From positions 1-49,951 of the forward strand of contig JAGNWC010000001.1 in assembly GCA_017986195.1 (NCBI GenBank): a DNA stretch of 49,951 bases, written 5' to 3'. The notes below the pieces were generated by a model that saw nothing but the letters and a program-made list of their open reading frames with translations, made no database searches and was not told the origin of the DNA. This stretch comes from Hydromonas sp. GTDB taxonomy: Bacteria > Pseudomonadota > Gammaproteobacteria > Burkholderiales > Burkholderiaceae. Shown here one piece after another: positions 46,489 through 49,951 of the stretch. A program made the position numbers and the translations under genes. Every line of letters starts with the position of its first letter. Positions within the stretch are counted from its first letter, which is position 1.

Positions 46489-48801
46489 TTATTCCGAATG
46501 CTTGGGCGCGAGGATTTCGCGTGAGCCATTGCTCTGCATCGGTGAGACCACGCCCGAACGCTCCATCTGCTCCAGCAATCGCGCCGAGCGGTTATAACCA
46601 ATGCGAAACTCACGTTGCACCGATGAAATCGAAGCTTTTTGTGTGCGCACAATAAACGCGACTGCTTGATCGTACAAAGGATCGGCTTCGCCATCTGCGT
46701 CTTCGCCACCTTCGCCGTTTTCACCCGCTCCGCCTGTTAAAACGTCTTCGATGTAATTCGGTTGACTGTGGGCTTTTAAGAATTCTGCCACGCGGATGAC
46801 CTCTTCGTCGGATGCAAACGCGCCGTGCACGCGCACAGGCAAGCCCGAACCCGGTGGCAAATACAGCATGTCGCCCTGCCCCAACAAGGCTTCTGCACCC
46901 TGTTGATCTAAAATCGTGCGCGAATCAATTTTGCTCGAGACTTGGAAAGCAATGCGTGTCGGCACATTGGCTTTAATCAAGCCTGTAATCACATCCACGC
47001 TCGGACGTTGGGTGGCAAGGATGAGGTGAATCCCTGCGGCGCGGGCTTTTTGCGCAATCCGCGCAATCAATTCTTCGATTTTTTTACCGACCACCATCAT
47101 AAGGTCAGCCAACTCATCAATCACCACCACGATGAGCGGCATTTTTTCGAGTGGTTCGGGCGCATCGGGGGTCAAGCTAAACGGGTTGGCAATATGTTCG
47201 CCTTTGGCGTGGGCTTCATCAATTTTTTTATTAAATCCTGCCACGCCACGCGCGCCGAGCACACTCATCAATTTATAGCGTCGCTCCATCTCGCCAACCA
47301 CCCAATTGAGCGCGTGCCCCGCTTGACGCATATCGGTCACCACAGGACACAACAGATGCGCAATATCGGCATACACGCTCATTTCCAACATTTTGGGGTC
47401 AATCAAGATTAAACGCACTTGCTCGGGTGTGGCGCGATACAACAAGGACAAAATCATGGTGTTAATCCCCACCGATTTCCCCGAGCCCGTGGTACCTGCG
47501 ACCAATAAATGCGGCATTTTTGCCAAGTCCGCGACCACAGGGTTGCCACCAATGTCTTTCCCAAGTGCGACGGTGAGCAAAGAGCTCGCATCGTGATAGA
47601 CCTGCGAGCCAATGATTTCAGACAGGCGTACAATTTGACGTTTTGGATTGGGCAATTCCAAGGCCATGTAGTTTTTGCCAGGGATGGTTTCCACCACGCG
47701 AATCGATACCAAGGCGAGCGAGCGCGCCAAATCCTTGGACAAATTGACAATCTGACTGCCTTTAACCCCCGTCGCAGGCTCGATTTCATAGCGCGTGACC
47801 ACGGGACCTGGGTAGGCGGCAACCACTTGAACTTCAACCCCAAAATCACGGAGTTTTTTCTCAATCAAGCGTGAGTTAAATTCAAGCGTCTCATGCGCCA
47901 CGCTTTCTTGATTGCGCTCCGCCACATCCAATAGAGCCAACTCAGGCAAAGACGAATTGCTCAACTCCGCAAACAAAGGCGTTTGTTTTTCTTTCTGACT
48001 GCGTGTGGATTGCACAACAGGCGGCGCAGGTGGTTCAATGTGAACAGGAAAAGTTTTTTCAGCGCGAATTTTTTCTTGCGCCAATTCGCGCTCACGCACA
48101 GCGACCTGTTCAACACCGACTTTCACGTCTTGCTTTTTATCAAAATACGACCACGCGCCAAGCACGATTTTTTCAATCGCTTCACCAATGCGCTCGCTCA
48201 CACTCAACCACGAAAAATTAAACAACCAACTCAAGCCCGCTGCGAACAACACAGCAAGAAACAGCGTCGCGAAAATCTGTCCAATCACCAGCGTCAAACC
48301 CTTGGCAATCGCTTCACCCAGCACACCGCCGTGCTCATACGGCAACGCCACATTCCAACCGACCGTGTGCATATATTCCAAGCCCACGCTGGTAAGCAAC
48401 ACCACGATAAAACCCAAACGATACAACAGTGCGTCTTTGGACTCGTACTGCTGTTTAAACACAGCACGCTCCTGTACCGTCAACAAACTCATTTGCGAGG
48501 TGCGACGCATCCCGCGATAAATCGCCCAAGCGCACAACAAGACCCACCAATACGCTGACAAACCAAACACATACAGTAAAATTGCTGAGACCCACGCGCC
48601 AAGACTGCCGACCCAATTTTGAATCCCTACTTGCCCAGAACTGGCCTGAAAAAATGAGGGGTCATGCACATCAAAACTCACCAACATCGCCAGCAAAGTC
48701 ACGCCGAGCAAAGCCAGCACAATCCATTTGACCTCGCGCAACAGTTGATTGGCGCGATCGGACATGGTCGGGGCTTTGAAAATTTCGGGTTTGCTGCTCA
48801 T
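46489..48801 (-). CDS. ftsK: DNA translocase FtsK
   Basis: 770 aa with an N-terminal 4-TM domain, a linker, an ATPase motor (Walker [18 protein letters not shown]) and a C-terminal gamma winged helix ([23 protein letters not shown]). Confidence 0.95.
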   Translation of the reverse strand: MSSKPEIFKAPTMSDRANQLLREVKWIVLALLGVTLLAMLVSFDVHDPSFFQASSGQVGIQNWVGSLGAWVSAILLYVFGLSAYWWVLLCAWAIYRGMRRTSQMSLLTVQERAVFKQQYESKDALLYRLGFIVVLLTSVGLEYMHTVGWNVALPYEHGGVLGEAIAKGLTLVIGQIFATLFLAVLFAAGLSWLFNFSWLSVSERIGEAIEKIVLGAWSYFDKKQDVKVGVEQVAVRERELAQEKIRAEKTFPVHIEPPAPPVVQSTRSQKEKQTPLFAELSNSSLPELALLDVAERNQESVAHETLEFNSRLIEKKLRDFGVEVQVVAAYPGPVVTRYEIEPATGVKGSQIVNLSKDLARSLALVSIRVVETIPGKNYMALELPNPKRQIVRLSEIIGSQVYHDASSLLTVALGKDIGGNPVVADLAKMPHLLVAGTTGSGKSVGINTMILSLLYRATPEQVRLILIDPKMLEMSVYADIAHLLCPVVTDMRQAGHALNWVVGEMERRYKLMSVLGARGVAGFNKKIDEAHAKGEHIANPFSLTPDAPEPLEKMPLIVVVIDELADLMMVVGKKIEELIARIAQKARAAGIHLILATQRPSVDVITGLIKANVPTRIAFQVSSKIDSRTILDQQGAEALLGQGDMLYLPPGSGLPVRVHGAFASDEEVIRVAEFLKAHSQPNYIEDVLTGGAGENGEGGEDADGEADPLYDQAVAFIVRTQKASISSVQREFRIGYNRSARLLEQMERSGVVSPMQSNGSREILAPKHSE

Positions 48802-48896
48802 GAAAAATACCTGTACGCGGTGAAATGACTTGTATTCTAACGTGATACGATAAAAACCGCAGGGAAATCGATGATTTTATTCGATTTTAATCACAC

Positions 48897-48926
48897 GTAA
48901 AAAACCCAAACCGAATGGTTTGGGTT
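48897..48926 (-). terminator. Rho-independent terminator after lysA
   Basis: On the minus strand: AACCCAAACC, a 4-nt loop, GGTTTGGGTT, then T6. Confidence 0.8.
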
Positions 48927-48943
48927 GGCGTGCAATCCTATTT

Positions 48944-49951
48944 TTACAACTCCAAAGCCCACACATCCGCCAAGGTTTCACGCCGACGAATCACACGGAC
49001 GCTCGCACCATCGACCAGTACCTCAGCCGCACGTGCGCGCGTGTTGTAATTCGATGCCATGCTAAAACCATACGCACCCGCCGAGAGCACTGCGAGCACA
49101 TCGCCCTGCGCCACTGCCAGTGTGCGCTCGCGCGCCAGCCAATCGCCTGTTTCGCACACAGGGCCGACCACATCGTACACCTGCGCTATGCTCGCATCAC
49201 GCACCGTGCAGTTCGCCACGCCCATCCATGCCTCGTACAGCGATGGACGCAATAAATCATTCATCCCTGCATCAACGATGCAGAAGTTTTTTTCTTCAGT
49301 CGGTTTGAGGTATTCAACCTGGGTCAAAAGCACACAGGCATTCGCCACCAGCGAACGCCCTGGTTCAAACATCAAATCTTGCGTCAATCCCGCCTCACGC
49401 AGCCCGCGCAAAGATTGTTCAATCAAAGCACTCGGCAACGGTGGGGTTTCGTCTTGATAGCGCACCCCCAAACCACCGCCCAAATCAATGTGTTTGAGTG
49501 CGATACCCACATGCGCCAATTGTTTGACCAAATCGAATAAACGGTTTTGCGCATCAAGAAACGGTGACAACTCTGTGATTTGCGAACCAATGTGGTAATC
49601 AATCCCGACAATCTCCAAGCCCGATAACTGCGCGGCTTGTTGATACACCGCCAACGCATCGGTGTGCGCAATACCGAATTTATTGGCTTTCAGACCCGTA
49701 GAAATATACGGATGGGTTTTGGCATCGACATCAGGATTGACGCGCAATGAAATCGGCGCACGCTTGCCCAAGCGTGTGGCAATCGCATGAATGCGCTGTA
49801 ATTCAGGCACGGATTCAACGTTAAAGCAAAAAATCCCTTGCGTGAGTGCGAACTCAATTTCACGTTCAGACTTGGCCACGCCCGAAAAAACAATGCGATT
49901 GGCAGACACACCAACCGCCAAAACGCGGGCAATTTCGCCCTCAGAAACCGT
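48944..49951 (-). CDS. lysA: Diaminopimelate decarboxylase (C-terminal ~335 aa; the gene continues beyond the window)
   Basis: PLP-dependent group IV decarboxylase motifs (HIGSQ, DLGGGLG, GPVCETGD, GAYGFSMASNYNTRARAAEVLV). The frame stays open to nt 49951. Confidence 0.9.
   Translation of the reverse strand, partial: TVSEGEIARVLAVGVSANRIVFSGVAKSEREIEFALTQGIFCFNVESVPELQRIHAIATRLGKRAPISLRVNPDVDAKTHPYISTGLKANKFGIAHTDALAVYQQAAQLSGLEIVGIDYHIGSQITELSPFLDAQNRLFDLVKQLAHVGIALKHIDLGGGLGVRYQDETPPLPSALIEQSLRGLREAGLTQDLMFEPGRSLVANACVLLTQVEYLKPTEEKNFCIVDAGMNDLLRPSLYEAWMGVANCTVRDASIAQVYDVVGPVCETGDWLARERTLAVAQGDVLAVLSAGAYGFSMASNYNTRARAAEVLVDGASVRVIRRRETLADVWALEL

Noticed and set aside
46473-46724. Upstream 84 codons of the 258-aa ORF (45948..46724)
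   Set aside because: This stretch overlaps the 3' end of ftsK in another frame. A strong GGAGG RBS and a lipoprotein signal peptide begin at ATG 46472.
1-49951. Search for CRISPR arrays, transposases or integrases, prophage genes, toxin-antitoxin or defence systems, and rRNA genes
   Set aside because: No direct-repeat/spacer arrays, no recombinase- or nuclease-like accessory ORFs and no rRNA signatures were seen. Every sizeable ORF is accounted for by a housekeeping or envelope function, or by the few hypothetical secreted proteins listed.

Overview
This ~50-kb chromosomal window comes from a Gram-negative proteobacterium. Gene order (FmdB-DUF502-aspS, murU-amgK next to lptD, trxA-rho) suggests Betaproteobacteria, but I cannot confirm that without a database search. 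It is dense core housekeeping DNA. In order it carries cysM, an OmpA-family lipoprotein, ybaB-dnaX with the SRP RNA (ffs) upstream, a stand-alone Toprim protein, a sensor kinase/response regulator pair, murU-amgK divergent from lptD, acnB, a second OmpA-like protein, trxA-rho and an M23 peptidase-bactofilin pair. These are followed by FmdB-DUF502-aspS, rhodanese, a GGCT-like protein, htpX, tRNA-Phe, leuA, pgsA-uvrC and DUF47-PiT. The long envelope cluster frr-uppS-cdsA-dxr-rseP-bamA-skp-lpxD-fabZ-lpxA-lpxB-rnhB-trmH comes next, then three secreted hypothetical proteins, ftsK and a partial lysA. I found no CRISPR array, transposase, integrase, prophage or recognisable defence or toxin system, so I do not claim a novel multi-gene system. 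Four things deserve a second look. (1) dnaX is split at an E. coli-type A-AAA-AAG frameshift cassette with inverted logic: the zero frame stops, giving a gamma-like product, and a -1 shift is needed for full-length tau. (2) There is a stand-alone GyrB/ParE-like Toprim protein with no ATPase domain. (3) A small family of TTAAGGAAACA-ended inverted-repeat elements is present, one overlapping the lptD stop codon. (4) A Leu-rich leader peptide plus terminator (attenuator) lies upstream of leuA. All protein calls rest on motifs recognised by eye in the supplied ORF translations, and no searches were run.
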